From: a virus | Taxonomy: Duplodnaviria > Caudoviricetes | Direction: 5' to 3' (one strand) | Virus record (IMG/VR): IMGVR_UViG_3300011116_000483 | Coordinates: 1 to 47,069 of that record | DNA: 47,069 nucleotides | Shown: positions 14,829-28,100 of the stretch, piece after piece | Layout of the letters: every line of letters starts with the position of its first letter | Position numbering within the stretch: the stretch's first letter is position 1 | Translations under genes and position numbers: made by a program | The notes under the pieces: model-generated | What the model was told of the DNA's origin: nothing | Database searches by the model: none | What the model saw: the letters and a program-made list of their open reading frames with translations, nothing else

Positions 14829-16715
14829 ATGGCAATTACCCCTGCACAGATTGCTAAGTACTTTGACTTAGTAGGTGACGGTTGGAGTCAAGCCAAGGCT
14901 GCTGAAAAGGCTGGCTTCTCCGTCGCTACTGCTCGTCGCCTTGAGAAGAAATCCGAGGCTAGCACTGCTGCATCGCGTGCAGAACTCCGCACAAACAGGG
15001 CCAACGATAAACTCGGTGGACCTAAACGCTACGACCAACTGTCAGAAGAGGCTAAGAAAGCCTACAACGACTTTGGTTATTTCCAGAAACGCTACTTTGG
15101 GCGCATTGCTACGCCTTGGCAGGTAGAAGCAGCAGAGCAAATTGTCGCTTTGCTGGAAACTCCTGAGCGAGAGTACGTCGTTATCAACTGCCCACCGGGT
15201 GCTGGTAAGACAACTACCTTCTCGCATGACATTCCTGCGTGGCTCACAGTCCGCAACCGTGGAATCCGTGGGATGTTGGGGCACTCTGTTGCCCGTGAAG
15301 TAAAGAAAAACCTTGGTCGCTTAAAGCGTACGTTTGAATCTACGATTCCGTTTCAGGCTGACCCCGATGATGTCGCTAGGGGATTGGCAGTTGACGCAGA
15401 AAGCACGCTCGCACTTGACTTCGGTCGCTTTAAACCCGTGGCTAAAGACGTGTGGAATCAAGAGTCCCTGTTGGTTATGCAACACGACGACATTGGCACC
15501 ACTGCCGAAAAAGAATACACTTGGCAGGCTTATGGGGTGGACTCAGGTTTCATTGGTACGCGTTGCGACTTTGTTATCTGGGACGACCTTGTAGACCCAA
15601 GCAAACTTCGCACCGCAGAAGCCAAGGAAAATCTCGAGAATTTCTATGACGACGTTTGTGAAACCCGACTAGAGCCGGGTGGCCTGCTGGTCTTGATGGG
15701 CCAGAGAATCTCGTCTGATGACCTGTACCGCTACAACCTTGACAAGACTCTTCCCCTTGATGACGAAGAAGATTTGCTTGAGGATTTGAGCGAAGAAGAA
15801 ATCGAAGCCCTGCGTAACCGCAAGAAATATCACCACATTAAATTCAAGGCTCACTACCCAGACCGGTGTGTGCCAGAAAGCCACAAACGCACAGCGCCTC
15901 ATTATCCTGAAGGCTGCTTGCTTGACCCTCGTCGCCTTGACTGGAAAACTTTGTCAGGTCGAATTGCCAACGGCGCTGAGAAATTTGAAGTCATCTACCA
16001 ACAGGAGGACCGTGACCCCGGAAGCCAGTTTGTCAAAGAAGATTGGATTTACGGTCATAATGGATTCCCCGGGTGCGTTGACCGCAACAGGAATTTTTGG
16101 GAGTTCCCGACACACCTCGACCCATCGCGGTGCATCGTTTATGTCACTGCTGACCCTAGTCCGACAATGTACTGGGCCGTCGAACTCTGGATTTATCATC
16201 CGGAATCAGAGTACCGCTATCTAATTGCCATTGAGCGTCGGCGCATGGAAGCACCAGAATTTCTTGACTGGTCTTACACCGAGAACAAGTTTACTGGCCT
16301 CATGGAAGATTGGCAGCAACGCGCTACCACTGCTGGCTGGTTTATCCCGACTTGGATTATTGAACAGAACGCTGCCCAAAGGTTCTTGTTGCAGTACGAC
16401 CACATGCACAGATGGCGCGCTAAGTGGGGAGTTAAAGTCATTCCCCATTCAACTGGTGCCAATAAAGCAGACCCAAATTACGGGGTTTATACGCTTGGTC
16501 CACATTATGAGTTTGGACGTGTTAGAATACCTTATACGGATATCGCTAAAACTGACGCGATTAAGTTGATTTCCGAAGTCAAGAACTACCCCCACGGCAG
16601 GACGGACGACACGGTTATGGCTCAATGGTTTGGTGAATGGAACCTGCCTGCCCTAAGCGTGCCTCGTGTCAACCTCCAACGACAGAAGCGCCCCACTTGG
16701 TTAGTCGGGGCTTGA
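14829..16715 (+). CDS. terL: terminase large subunit with N-terminal HTH
   Basis: Walker A PPGAGKTT, Walker B FVIWDD, YQQ, nuclease motifs ADP and TDDTVMA. Confidence 0.92.
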   Translation: MAITPAQIAKYFDLVGDGWSQAKAAEKAGFSVATARRLEKKSEASTAASRAELRTNRANDKLGGPKRYDQLSEEAKKAYNDFGYFQKRYFGRIATPWQVEAAEQIVALLETPEREYVVINCPPGAGKTTTFSHDIPAWLTVRNRGIRGMLGHSVAREVKKNLGRLKRTFESTIPFQADPDDVARGLAVDAESTLALDFGRFKPVAKDVWNQESLLVMQHDDIGTTAEKEYTWQAYGVDSGFIGTRCDFVIWDDLVDPSKLRTAEAKENLENFYDDVCETRLEPGGLLVLMGQRISSDDLYRYNLDKTLPLDDEEDLLEDLSEEEIEALRNRKKYHHIKFKAHYPDRCVPESHKRTAPHYPEGCLLDPRRLDWKTLSGRIANGAEKFEVIYQQEDRDPGSQFVKEDWIYGHNGFPGCVDRNRNFWEFPTHLDPSRCIVYVTADPSPTMYWAVELWIYHPESEYRYLIAIERRRMEAPEFLDWSYTENKFTGLMEDWQQRATTAGWFIPTWIIEQNAAQRFLLQYDHMHRWRAKWGVKVIPHSTGANKADPNYGVYTLGPHYEFGRVRIPYTDIAKTDAIKLISEVKNYPHGRTDDTVMAQWFGEWNLPALSVPRVNLQRQKRPTWLVGA

Positions 16716-16722
16716 GGACGAT

Positions 16723-18711
16723 ATGAGTTTGCCAGCCGACGACAAGGAAGCAGCCTCCCAAATCCATCGGATGTATTTGGAACGGAAGCAGCACAACCAT
16801 AAGCACATTGAGGCTATGAACGCTGTCCGTACAATTTATCACAACGAAGTCAACCTGCCGTTGCCTGAGTTAGATAAGTTGGAGAAGCCAGCAATCCCTA
16901 ACCTTGTCGCACAGGGCATTGACCAAACCGCCATGCGCATTGCATCAGTGCTCCCAGATTTGACCTACCCATCAGAACGCCCCGGGTTCCTCTGGGCAGA
17001 CAACAAAGCAGCAGACTCTCGCCAAGCCAACCTTGGCTGGTGGAGAGCAAACAAGTTCTCCCTCAAGATGCCGCGCCGCGCGCGTCACTTGATTACTTAC
17101 GGCACCTCGCCAGTCAGTCTATCGCCTGTTAGTTCAGACATTAACGACAAGCGTAAGATGCCTCATTGGAGAGTCCGCAACCCTATGGGCACTTTCCCAG
17201 CACCGACGGATGACCACGATTCCGTTGAGCCAATGGACTGCATCTTCTCGGACGTTCGCTCCTTTGCTTGGCTGATGGCAAATTACCCATCGCAGGCTGC
17301 CATTCTCGAAAAGCCGGACACCCCATCATCTGCCGACCTTTACTACGTTTTGGAATATGTAGATGACGAAGAGACGGCAACGATCGTCCTCGGTCAGAAG
17401 CGTGACCACCAGCACGCCCCGTTTGGTGGCGAGGCCAAGCAAGTTGGCGCACCGCACGCAATGTTGAGCCGCGTCAAGAACCGCTCTGGCATCTGCCCGG
17501 TTGTCTACCCTAAGCGTATCGCACTTGACGGTATGGTCGGCCAGTTTAACTCAATGATTGGCATGTACATCGCCTCTGCCAAGTTGTTTGCCTTGAACCA
17601 GATTGCAGTTGAGCGCGACATCTTCAAGGACGAGTGGATTGTCGGTAACGTGCCGAACCAGACGCCGCAGATTATCCAGCAGGCTGATGGTCGCATGGGC
17701 GTGATTGGTGTGGTCCACAACGGTGACGTGCGTTCGGTTGGTAACCCTCCCGGCCAACTTACCCAGCAGACCAACGATGCCCTTGAGCGCGCTCAGCGTT
17801 TGACCGCAGGCATCCCTGCTGAGTTTGGTGGCGAATCCCCGACTAACGTCCGTACTGCTCGTCGTGGCGCTTCCGTGCTTTCGTCCAGCATTGACGGCGT
17901 GATTGGTGAATGTCAGGCTGTCTTTGCCTCCTCAATGGAAGCCGAAAACCGCAGGGCTGTTGCAATCCAAAAAGCGTATTACGGTAACCGCAAGTGCGTG
18001 TTCTTCGGTGAGCGCTACGATGGAGCCGAGCCTGACAAGAGCGACTACGTTCCAAACGACACCTTTGTCCGCGAAGAATCTGAGGTCAAGTACGCCATTC
18101 CCGGCACCGACATGCCCGGTTTGATTGTGGAAATTGGACAGATGATTGGTGATGGCACCATGTCTACCCAGACGGGGCGCGAGATGAACCCACTCATCAC
18201 TGACCCGTCCAGAGAAAACGACCGCATCGAACTCGAAGGTCTGCGTCGTGCTGCCCTCCAATCGCTTGAAGCCGGTGTTGCAAACGGAACAATTGACCCC
18301 AAGCAAATTGCAAAAATTGCAAAGATGAAAAACGAGAACCACTTGCCAATCGAAGAAGCAATCATCAAGGTTCACGAAGAAGAACAAAAGGAACAGGCTG
18401 CTGCTCAGAGCGCTATGCAACAACAGCAGCAACCAATGGCCCCCGGACCAGAAGGTATGGGTGGTATGCCCCCGACGGCGGAGGGCGGTATGCCTCCCAT
18501 GCCGCCACCAGAAGCACAACCCGGCCTTGGTTCTGCTGCCGAAAACCAAATGACTATGGCAGGACCTCCACCTGCTGCATCGCCAATCCCCGGGCCACAA
18601 CCCGGACAACAAGATTTGGCTGCTTTGCTTTCCGCCCTTGGTACAGGTGGTGGAGTACCCGGACCTGCACAAGCAATGGGTCCATCACAGGAGATGATGG
18701 CTGGTGCCTAG
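16723..18711 (+). CDS. portal protein
   Basis: Follows terL; 662 aa; FGGES..NVRT.RRG; Pro/Gln-rich tail. Confidence 0.82.
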   Translation: MSLPADDKEAASQIHRMYLERKQHNHKHIEAMNAVRTIYHNEVNLPLPELDKLEKPAIPNLVAQGIDQTAMRIASVLPDLTYPSERPGFLWADNKAADSRQANLGWWRANKFSLKMPRRARHLITYGTSPVSLSPVSSDINDKRKMPHWRVRNPMGTFPAPTDDHDSVEPMDCIFSDVRSFAWLMANYPSQAAILEKPDTPSSADLYYVLEYVDDEETATIVLGQKRDHQHAPFGGEAKQVGAPHAMLSRVKNRSGICPVVYPKRIALDGMVGQFNSMIGMYIASAKLFALNQIAVERDIFKDEWIVGNVPNQTPQIIQQADGRMGVIGVVHNGDVRSVGNPPGQLTQQTNDALERAQRLTAGIPAEFGGESPTNVRTARRGASVLSSSIDGVIGECQAVFASSMEAENRRAVAIQKAYYGNRKCVFFGERYDGAEPDKSDYVPNDTFVREESEVKYAIPGTDMPGLIVEIGQMIGDGTMSTQTGREMNPLITDPSRENDRIELEGLRRAALQSLEAGVANGTIDPKQIAKIAKMKNENHLPIEEAIIKVHEEEQKEQAAAQSAMQQQQQPMAPGPEGMGGMPPTAEGGMPPMPPPEAQPGLGSAAENQMTMAGPPPAASPIPGPQPGQQDLAALLSALGTGGGVPGPAQAMGPSQEMMAGA

Positions 18712-19162
18712 AACTGGTAAAGGTGGAAAAGTAGACGGCGCTGTTGGTAAGACGTATTCAAACCGAACCGACCTGAACGCTGCTACCAAGACTGTACCAA
18801 ATCAAGAGTACGGTAAAGCAACGGCACAACGCATGGCTATGGCAAATGTTCCAATGGCTGCTGCACCTGCTCAACCAGCAGCGCCTACGCCAGCAGGACC
18901 GGCTGCTCAACGACCACAAGAATACTCTGCTCCTGCTCCTGCCCCCACTCCGGGGCCGGGGGGACTTCCTTGGCTTCATGAAACTGCCAGACCGGATGAG
19001 CCATTGACTGCTGGTTTGAATGGTGGTGGGATGCCAATGATGGACCCTGCACAACAGCGAATGGCGTATTTATCTAGTACACTTAAAGACCTAGCCAATT
19101 CTCCGGGAGCAACCCCTGAGACTATTCGGATGGCTACTCTCTTAGGAGCGCTGGGGTCTTAA
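18704..19162 (+). CDS. virion-associated protein
   Basis: Position after portal; YSNRTDL and T.RPDEPLTAG; Pro/Ala-rich. Confidence 0.65.
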   Translation: MPRTGKGGKVDGAVGKTYSNRTDLNAATKTVPNQEYGKATAQRMAMANVPMAAAPAQPAAPTPAGPAAQRPQEYSAPAPAPTPGPGGLPWLHETARPDEPLTAGLNGGGMPMMDPAQQRMAYLSSTLKDLANSPGATPETIRMATLLGALGS

Positions 19163-22100
19163 TGGGTCAGTTTGATGAATCCGCTTTTACTGAGCATCCA
19201 ACTCCAAGTCTTACTGATGGTTTAACTCACGCTGCCAGAACTGTTCCGGGACTTTCCCCAGAACACGCAATGATTGCTGCAAGAAGTGACAACCCAAATG
19301 TAACTGCTCAATCTCTTGCTGGACTTAATCTCTTGTCTGGTGCATACGCCAGCCACGTTGCCAACACTGCCCTTAACAAGCAACTTCTTACAGGACAATA
19401 TAGCCCCGGTGCTCAAGGTCCTCTAAGGGCCAACCAAACAGAAATGGCCCCATCGTATCGTCCTGCTCCGTATGTTGCTCCCGGTCCAGTTGGCGCTCAA
19501 GGTACTACGCATCCGCAATCAGCCATAAACACTATTGTTCCTACGCAGGGACGAGGTGCACAAGGCCAGTTTGGTATTGACACTGGTGGTTACAACGGGC
19601 CATTGATGAACCAGCAGCAAATTAATAATTCTCTTTATCAAATGAACAAAACAGATTGGGACAGGCGTTGGGACAATACGCATAAAAAATTAAACCAATG
19701 GTCTGACAATATTGGTGAAGCGTTTGGTCAAATTTTTGGAGTTGTTGGCGGTAGTCTTGATGTCGCTGGTAGCGCGCTAATTGGATTTTCAAATCAGACT
19801 CCGGGCGCAGCGTGGACTCAAGGTTACGACCAACTTCACAATTTTGGTGCTTCGGGTGCCAGTTACATTGCTAAAGACCTTTTTGGTATTGGTGAATACG
19901 CCCTTAAGTTGCCGGGCAGAATTAACCAACTTGGTTCAGATTTTGCTGAGGCTCCCGGTGGCACGCTTGCCCGCATGAGGCACGATGTTGCTGCTGATGC
20001 CCATAGCGTTCTTTACGCACCAGACCATTTCTACCGCTACATGGTGCAAACCGTCCACGACAAGGGATGGTCATACGCGCTTGGTGAAATGGCTGCAATG
20101 ATTGCTATGGCTTTTGGCACCGGTGGCGAAGGTACAGTAAACGCAGTCAGGCAATTGGGTACGGCTGGAAAATCATTTGCAGAAATGACAACGCCGCTTG
20201 CACTTCGTGGCACAAAACTTCCACTTCGTGATGGAGCCGTCATTGGAGACGAAAGCGCTAGCCCTCTTGCTAAGTTCTCTGGTCTTAACGATACCACTCG
20301 TGGCGCTTATGAGCGCTACCGGTCTATTGTAGAGTCTAAGGCAGTTGCAGGAACGCGCTTTGCGTTTAAGCCAATTACTGAACCATTGCGTCGTCTTGCT
20401 GTTATGAGCGCTGACCCCGGTGTTGCTCTTGGTGAAGCAATGGCAATGAACCACCCACTTGGGATAGATGCTGAACGCTGGAAGCAAACGGAAAACCAAG
20501 ATACTTGGATTAACCCATACACGGGCGTGGCTGCTTCACTAGGACAGCAAACCATGTTGATGATGGGAATTGACCCTAAGTCGTGGGAAGGTTCAATCCT
20601 GAGCGGTGGCCTTGACTTTTACAGCAAGTTCATTATGCCTGACCCACTTGGCGCTGGCCTTCAAGTGTTTACAACTGCTCGCAGCCTTGAGGGTTGCAAA
20701 GGCTTGCTTGGGCAACTTTGGGGTGGCACTGGTATTCGCAGCGCTAGTGACTACGACCGCATCTACAAGCAATACGGGGCTTTCCGTCGCACTGTCCAAC
20801 TAATTGCTCGTTCAAGTTCTGCTGACCTAATTCGTCTTTACAAGGGCAAACTGTCGCCAGAGATGCTGACAAGGTTTGGCAACGCCAAGACTGTTGAAGA
20901 AGTTCTTGACGTGTTTAAGTCAGAAGCAGCAGCAGTTGAGTTCCAGACTACCAACATGGCTACGCTTGGTGGGTACGCCCGTACTAAGTACGCAATGAAA
21001 GATTATCTGCTTCGCGACCCCACGCTTACGGCTGAGGGTGCTGTTAGAAAAGGCATCCTGCAAGAGCGTTTGTTTGCAAGTACGCCTTACATTGCTATGC
21101 GTAACGTTGGCGCAAGCATTGCCAAGACAATGACCCAGCGTGGTTTCTACCTTTCAGACACAGCAGGTGGAACCACAGAAATTCTTGTTGACAAGATTGT
21201 TGATGGCAGCATCCAATCTGCTCACGTTCTTGCTGACCGTCTTACCCGTATGGGTGTTAGCCAAGATGTCGTTAAGGTGACACTTGAGCACCTGCTTGAA
21301 GCGTCCCGTTTGGGAGAAACCCAACGGTATATGCAACTTGCAGTCAACGCTCAAATCAAGGCTGGCCCTCGGTTTGTTCAAGCGCTTCTTCGCGACCCAG
21401 CAATGGGGCCTGAATCCATTGTAGTCCAGCACATTGCAGAAGAATCCATGAAGGGTCGCCTCCACGTTGATGCTGTTGGCACCAAGGGCAAATATGTTCA
21501 CGATGACCGAGATTCTGAGTTAGTTAACTTTAGCGGTGAAACAGTTGCTACTGCTGGTGAAGGAACCCCACACTTGCAATCTGTGCCGTTGCTTGACCCT
21601 GTACAGATTCGTAGGGCAATGCGTGTTCTTGTTCGCCTGTCCAAAGACCCAGTTCTCATGGACCTTGGCGTTGCCATGATGATGGCAAACAAGGCCGATG
21701 GTTACACGCTGGACTTAATCAAAACCTTTATTCGTGATTACAAAATTTCAGGCAAAAAAGTTGAAGATGCAATTACTAAAATCTTTGAAAACAAAGTTGC
21801 CAACAAAACATCCAAGGGTGTATGGGCAGGTCAAAGAATTGGTCAGAATGTAACTCTTTTCAGTGGTGACGCTCGCGATGTGTTTTTGCAAATGTTCCGT
21901 GACCACGCTGTTGATGCTCTCGGCAACAAAGTTCCTCTTGCTGAACAGATTAACAACTTCCGTGGCGAACTTCAAAACCTTGCCAACAATGGCCTGCACC
22001 CAATTAGCCGTGGTGAGGCTGCCGTTCTTTCGACGTGGCTTGATGGTCACCTGACAACCGGGTACAAGCCTGACCTGTCTGACATTTACCTTGGGTCAGC

Positions 22101-25100
22101 AGAACGTACTCCGTTGACGCCAGCAGAACGCGAAACAATTGAATCTGAAAAGTATGGCGAACGCAAGTTAGAACTGATTGGTGACCGCAAGTTCCTTAAG
22201 TGGTCTGACGCTCGCAACCTTCGCATCAACGCTAACTTGACAATGGATGCAATGAACCACGTTGTCAACGACATGTTCTTTAAGCCAGCCACGTTGAGTT
22301 CCCCGTCATGGGCATGGCACGTTGGTATTTCGGAAGGCATCCTTAACGCGTTTCGTTATGGTCCAATCAACATGTTTGAGGCACACTTTGCTGCTCAGTT
22401 TGCACAGAAGGCCAAGAAGTACAGCCTTGCTGATGGCGTTGACCACAACCATGTTCGCAATGCCGTTTCTTCATTGCTTCAAGACATTGACAAAAAAGAA
22501 CTTGAAGCAATGTTTGATTCTGACGTTCTTCAAATTGCTCGTAAAGAAGCGTTGGCTGGTGGGTACGTCCAAGGAAACCAGTATGGCCGACAGGAACTTG
22601 AAAACCTCCACAACGAAATTATGGGTTCCGTCAAGGAGCATGGCGGAGTAAGCATCAATTTACATGGTAAGTCATATCCTTCTGCTGGTTATGGAGTTGC
22701 CACAGGTTCTAAAAACAACGTTGTAATTAACGCTAGAGACATGTTTGAGGATGAAGAAAAAGCAAAGAAAATTCTTTTCAACTACGTTAAACAAGTTTCT
22801 GAAAACATGTCAAATAAAGACAAGGATTTGGTTCTTGGCATTTGGCACGACACAAATGATTTAACTGACCCAGTTTTAATGAACGAATTTGAAAAAAAAC
22901 ATTTTCTTGAAACCACAAGTAGCACCACTTTAAAAATTGATGACAAAAAAACTTTTGCCGAAATTACGGGTGGTGGGGTAGACCGCAAGGGGTTAGACAA
23001 ACTTAAACAAGATGGAAAAATTACTAAAGAAGAATACGAAGAAATTCTTTCTAAAGCAGGGTTGGGCAAAATCCACCTTGATGTGACAGAACGCATTGGC
23101 AATCTGACTGACGCTATGAAGTTAGGTGCAGAGCGTGACCAGATTTCAATTTTTGATTTTGAAAACTTTGCAGAATATGCAACAGGTGGTTCGGGCGTTG
23201 GTGGGTTTAACGCTTTTGGGAAAAGGCAATCTCTTCGTAAAAAAATTCCTATTCATTTTGACGATAAAGAACTTCTCAAAGATTACGCAGAGCGTACGCA
23301 GCGTTTAGACCGAGAAGGTTTCAAGCAAAAAGTTGCCATTGCTTACATGCGCGCGCAGCGTGCTAAGGCTGGCGTCATGCTTGGTGTTCGTGAATCCATT
23401 GTTCACGGCATGGCTGGCGAAGCCAAGGCCCGACGCTTGATTGACGATGCTACCGACCTTGTGTTGTTGCATCCCGGTGGTATTCACCCAGCACTGTCGG
23501 CTGCTCACACTCGCTACCTTGGCGAAATTTCTGGTCACGTTGACGACATGGAACTTTCACCAAAAAATAGCAAGACAAAAGTTGTTGACCCAGCCAACCC
23601 ACTGGCAAAAGAAAAGACTCGCCGTTGGAAAACTGGGACCTTTGAAACTTACAAGCGTGGTAACCGAGGCCACCTTAACGCCATGCAGCATTACATTGGC
23701 ACTGCCCTTAACACCGAACAGCACAAGTTCATTGCCAATGCGTTCCAAGAGGCAATCAATAAGATTGGCGTTAAAGAATTCCAACGCCAGATTACGGCTG
23801 CCAAGAACGCAGCCGGTGGAGACATTCGTAACGCTGCCATTGTTCGTGACATCGAAGCACAATTTGAGGCCCACCTTCGGGCACAGCCTGAGGAATGGCG
23901 CAACCGTTTCCTTCGCTCTAAGTTTGTTTCTAGGAACGGCCTTGAAAAATACGACATCCGTGACCCACTGAAAGACTGGGCACGAGTTTCTGTTAGCACC
24001 AACATGAACACTTGGATGTCTGGCGAACGCGATATTACCCACTTGCCAATCCTAAAGCAAATTTCAGAAGGCAATGTTAAGGACCTGCAATGGTTTAAGG
24101 ACTACGCCTCTCGCAAGGGCATGACTACGATGCCTGACAACATTATTGGTCCACGCATCATGGACGGTGGTAGCGGACGATTCTGGGCACAGAACCTTGC
24201 TGACAAGAGCCACGAGAAAATGCTTGGTCCAATGGTGGACTACCTTTCACGTCGCCCTGCCTACTTGTTGACTTACCACAACGAGATGGAAAACATCCGT
24301 AAAACCAATGGTGTGTACAAGACCACCATCGGTGAGCACAAGCAGGGTTTGATTGAACGGGTGAAGTTCCTTGAAACTGAAATCCGAAAGTTTGACCCAT
24401 CTGGCACCTTTGATGCTTCGCTCAAAAAACTTCACGCAGCACAAGCAGAGTTTGACCGGTTAGAAATTGAAGGTCGCTCTATTGCTGCGTCTGCTGTGCC
24501 ATCGGCAGTACGTCACGCTTTTTACGAAGAACACATTGCCGAACTTAACACGCACATTGCTTCCTTGGACAAAGAAATTGAGATGCTTACCAAGACCCTT
24601 GGTAAAGAAGCACGCAAGGTCATGGCAGGTTACAAGGCTGCAATGGTTGCACATGGCGCGCAAATGAACGCGTACATTGGCGCAATGAAGGAGTACAACT
24701 ACGCCCTTGCACAGCACGAGCGCCATCGTGCAATCATGATGGCAAACGAAGGTTTGTCATTTCCAACATCACAACAGCACATTGAAAACTGGCAGTTCCA
24801 CGCCCCGATGCAAGACATGTACGGTGTAGATTATGACTACATTGACCCGTACTGGCACTCATTGGCTGAGAGCAAAGATGCTGCAAGACTGGAAGCATTA
24901 ACTGAAGGTGGACTTTTTTTACCAAATCCAATTACATATCGTTCTATTGAAAAAGGTCTTATCCGTGATGAATTGTTTAGAGCAGGTATTGAGATAACGG
25001 AATTTGAATTTAAATGTTTGCAAGCGTATGTTGCCTACGATTACAAACCTATCAACGAATACTTGCGCCTTGACCAAGCAAGCCGTCGCGCTATGGCTAA

Positions 25101-28100
25101 TACAAAAATTGAAAGTAGAATTGGCAAAAAATTAGATATGTCATACAAAGACATAGTAAAAGCATTAGATTCAGTTGTTTCAAAAGTTGAACTACAAAAA
25201 CCCTTAACTGTTTTTAGAGGCGTTGACCATCGTAAATATGCCGTTGGTGAACTTACGCCAGAGCCGGGATTCATGTCTGCCAGTGTAGACTTTGATGCTG
25301 CTCACAGTTTTGCAGTTAAAACAGGAAGAAGTGCTGAACTTGTTGGTGGTACTGGGGCAACCATTCTTGAAATTCAACTTAGTCCCGGACAAAAACTTTG
25401 GCCTCGCAATTCAGAAGGCGAATTAACGCTTCCTCGTGGAACTCATTTGTATGTTCACGAAGTGACAACAGCAACACCAAGTGAATTATACCCAGACGAT
25501 TTTCATGTGGGTCTGACCGCGTATCTTGATACGCCAATTCAACATGTCATTGCCACTGTGGTTGATGCAAGAACCGCTAGGGCACTTAATGGTCGCTACG
25601 CTTCACCTGAGGTTAAAGCCAAATACAAAGAAGCAGCGACAAAACTTGAAAGTGCTCGTGCATCTCTTATTGCGGAGCAGCGAAAGACTTTTGGTTATGC
25701 TGGTACAAATATTAACCCAACTGTTTCTGTTACCCCAGAATGGGCGCAAACTGAATTAACGCGTCTTATTGAAACTCATAAAAAAGATATTGCAAAACTT
25801 GAAACAATTGAAGAAAAATTATGGAATCCAAAACCATTTATTGAAAATGGGTTTACTGTTCCAGCCGAACCTATCAAACCAATTTTGGTTGAAGATGAAT
25901 TTACTAAAAACATTTGGCGCAAAACTGGTTTAAGAATAGGCCAGCCCGGTAATTACGCAGGCAAGGCTATTAAAAAAGCAGAGTGGCTTTCAATTGAAGA
26001 ACTTCTTAAACATGGCGACCCCGGCCCTTATTTGTTTGGTGCAGGGTTTGAAGAAAAACTTCAAGAAATTACTAAAAAAATAATTGAAGATGGGTTTTCC
26101 ATGCCATTTGAGTTGTTTATAGATGAAGCAACAGGCAAAGCAGCATTTAGTGCTGCTGAGACTGCCGTCATTAGAGAATTAAATGACCTTGGAATTACGG
26201 CTATGCCTGTAAAAATTGGCAAAAGAACTGGTTCAATAACCGACGAAAAAGTAAACACTTGGGCAAAACTTTCCAATCCATTCCCAATGGACATGCCTTT
26301 TGATATGTATAAATATGCAACTGATAGATATAGATTTAAAGATTTTGGTTTAACACCAGTTGGGGAAACACCAGATTTAAACGGCGGTACGCTTGGTTCG
26401 TATTGGTCAACTAAAAACAAAATTGAAAAAACTAGAAAATTTTTAACGGGTGGCAAAACATATTACCAACGTAATACCTTGGCAAAGTTGCAGGCCCACG
26501 TTGAAAACGTTGGCAAGTTGAAGTCTACCCATGAGTATACCCAAACGCTTATCAACGAAAACCGCGCTGCTCGCATGGATGCGTTGGAACGTATGCGGGA
26601 TGCTGCTGCTGGCGTACACCATATCCACGTCACCCCAGAAATGATTGACGAGTACGCTGCCAAATACCCTTCCGTAAAAAAACACGTTGACGCTTACAAG
26701 GCCAACAGAAGGGCTGTTTACGGCGATGACTGGATGCCATCTTCCACTGGTTCTTGGTCAGGGCTTCAAAGCACAATTAACTGGAACAAGAACTTAATTG
26801 CTAGCCAAGGCGCATGGCACAAACTGGAACTTACCAAATTGCAGCACGTCTACGACAACTTGCAACTAAGTGCTGATGGTAAGAGGATTAACCAATACAT
26901 CCAAGAGCACATGGAATTGCAAGGCGACCCAAGTCTTATTGGTGGGGTCCAATCTAAGCATTACTACGACAGTGATGGCAACTTGCAGCAAGCAAAAATC
27001 CCGTTCCATCCTGTGCAGGGTGGCATGATGCACGAGGCTCAGGCTCAGGTTCTTGCTGAAACCCGTGCTGCTCGCAAGATGCTTGGCGAAGTCCACAACC
27101 CTTCGGACAAGACCAACTTTGAATACGCCATGCGTTACTTCGCTCCGTTCTATTTTGCCCAGAACCAAGCATGGCGACGTGCTGCTCGCTTGATGGCAGA
27201 GAACCCAGCAGCCTTTGAGAAGTATCTCAAGTTGACCCTTGGCATGACCAACTACGCTCAAACGGCTGCCGCGGAAAACGGTAGCCCGATGGTGACCATC
27301 CCCGGTTCTCAGTTGCTCGGTCGCTCGCTGTTTGGTTTGGACATGGGTCTTGGGTTGAACATTGGCTCCATGAACACAACCACCCTGTTCGGCATGAGTG
27401 GTAAAGATGAAGGCGCAGCAGGGATGATGCAACACATCCTCAAGCCTGAGATGGGACCCCTCCTTACTATCCCTGCCAAGTTACTGACCGGTAGCATTGA
27501 TTACGCTGCTGGCATGGTCGGGGGCCAAGATGCAGAGATGAAGGTCAACGCTTTCTCTGACTGGCTGCAAGGTGACATCGCATCACGCCAACCGCTTATG
27601 GCGCAACTGGTTCCAAACACCCTTATCCGCCACCTCTACCAACTTGCCGTAGACGGTCACATTGGCCTTGGCGACTCGCCTGACAGCGCTGGCGACTCGG
27701 TTGGTAACGGCTACATCTCAACTCGATTGCAAGTGTGGAAGAACATCACCGAAGAAACCCTCAAGCAACTTGGTGAGGAAATGGAGCAAAACGGTTTCCA
27801 CGGCTACACGGCTAAGGAAATCCGTAAGTTCAAGCGTGAAAGCCCCGGCCTATACACGGTGCTTGAGCAGATGAAGTGGGCCATGAAGTCGCACAGCGAC
27901 CCACGCTTCTTGCAGGACATCGCAAACAAAGCCAACCGTGACACCGCAGTATTGTGGTCACTGACCACTGCTGCAAGTTTCTTTGGTCCAACGACAGTTA
28001 CCTCTACATCAGGTTTGCAGCAACTTGGTATTCAACTGAACCAAGAATTGCAAGCCGACATTGCTAAATTGGGAACCACCGAAGGCTACATTAAGTTTGC

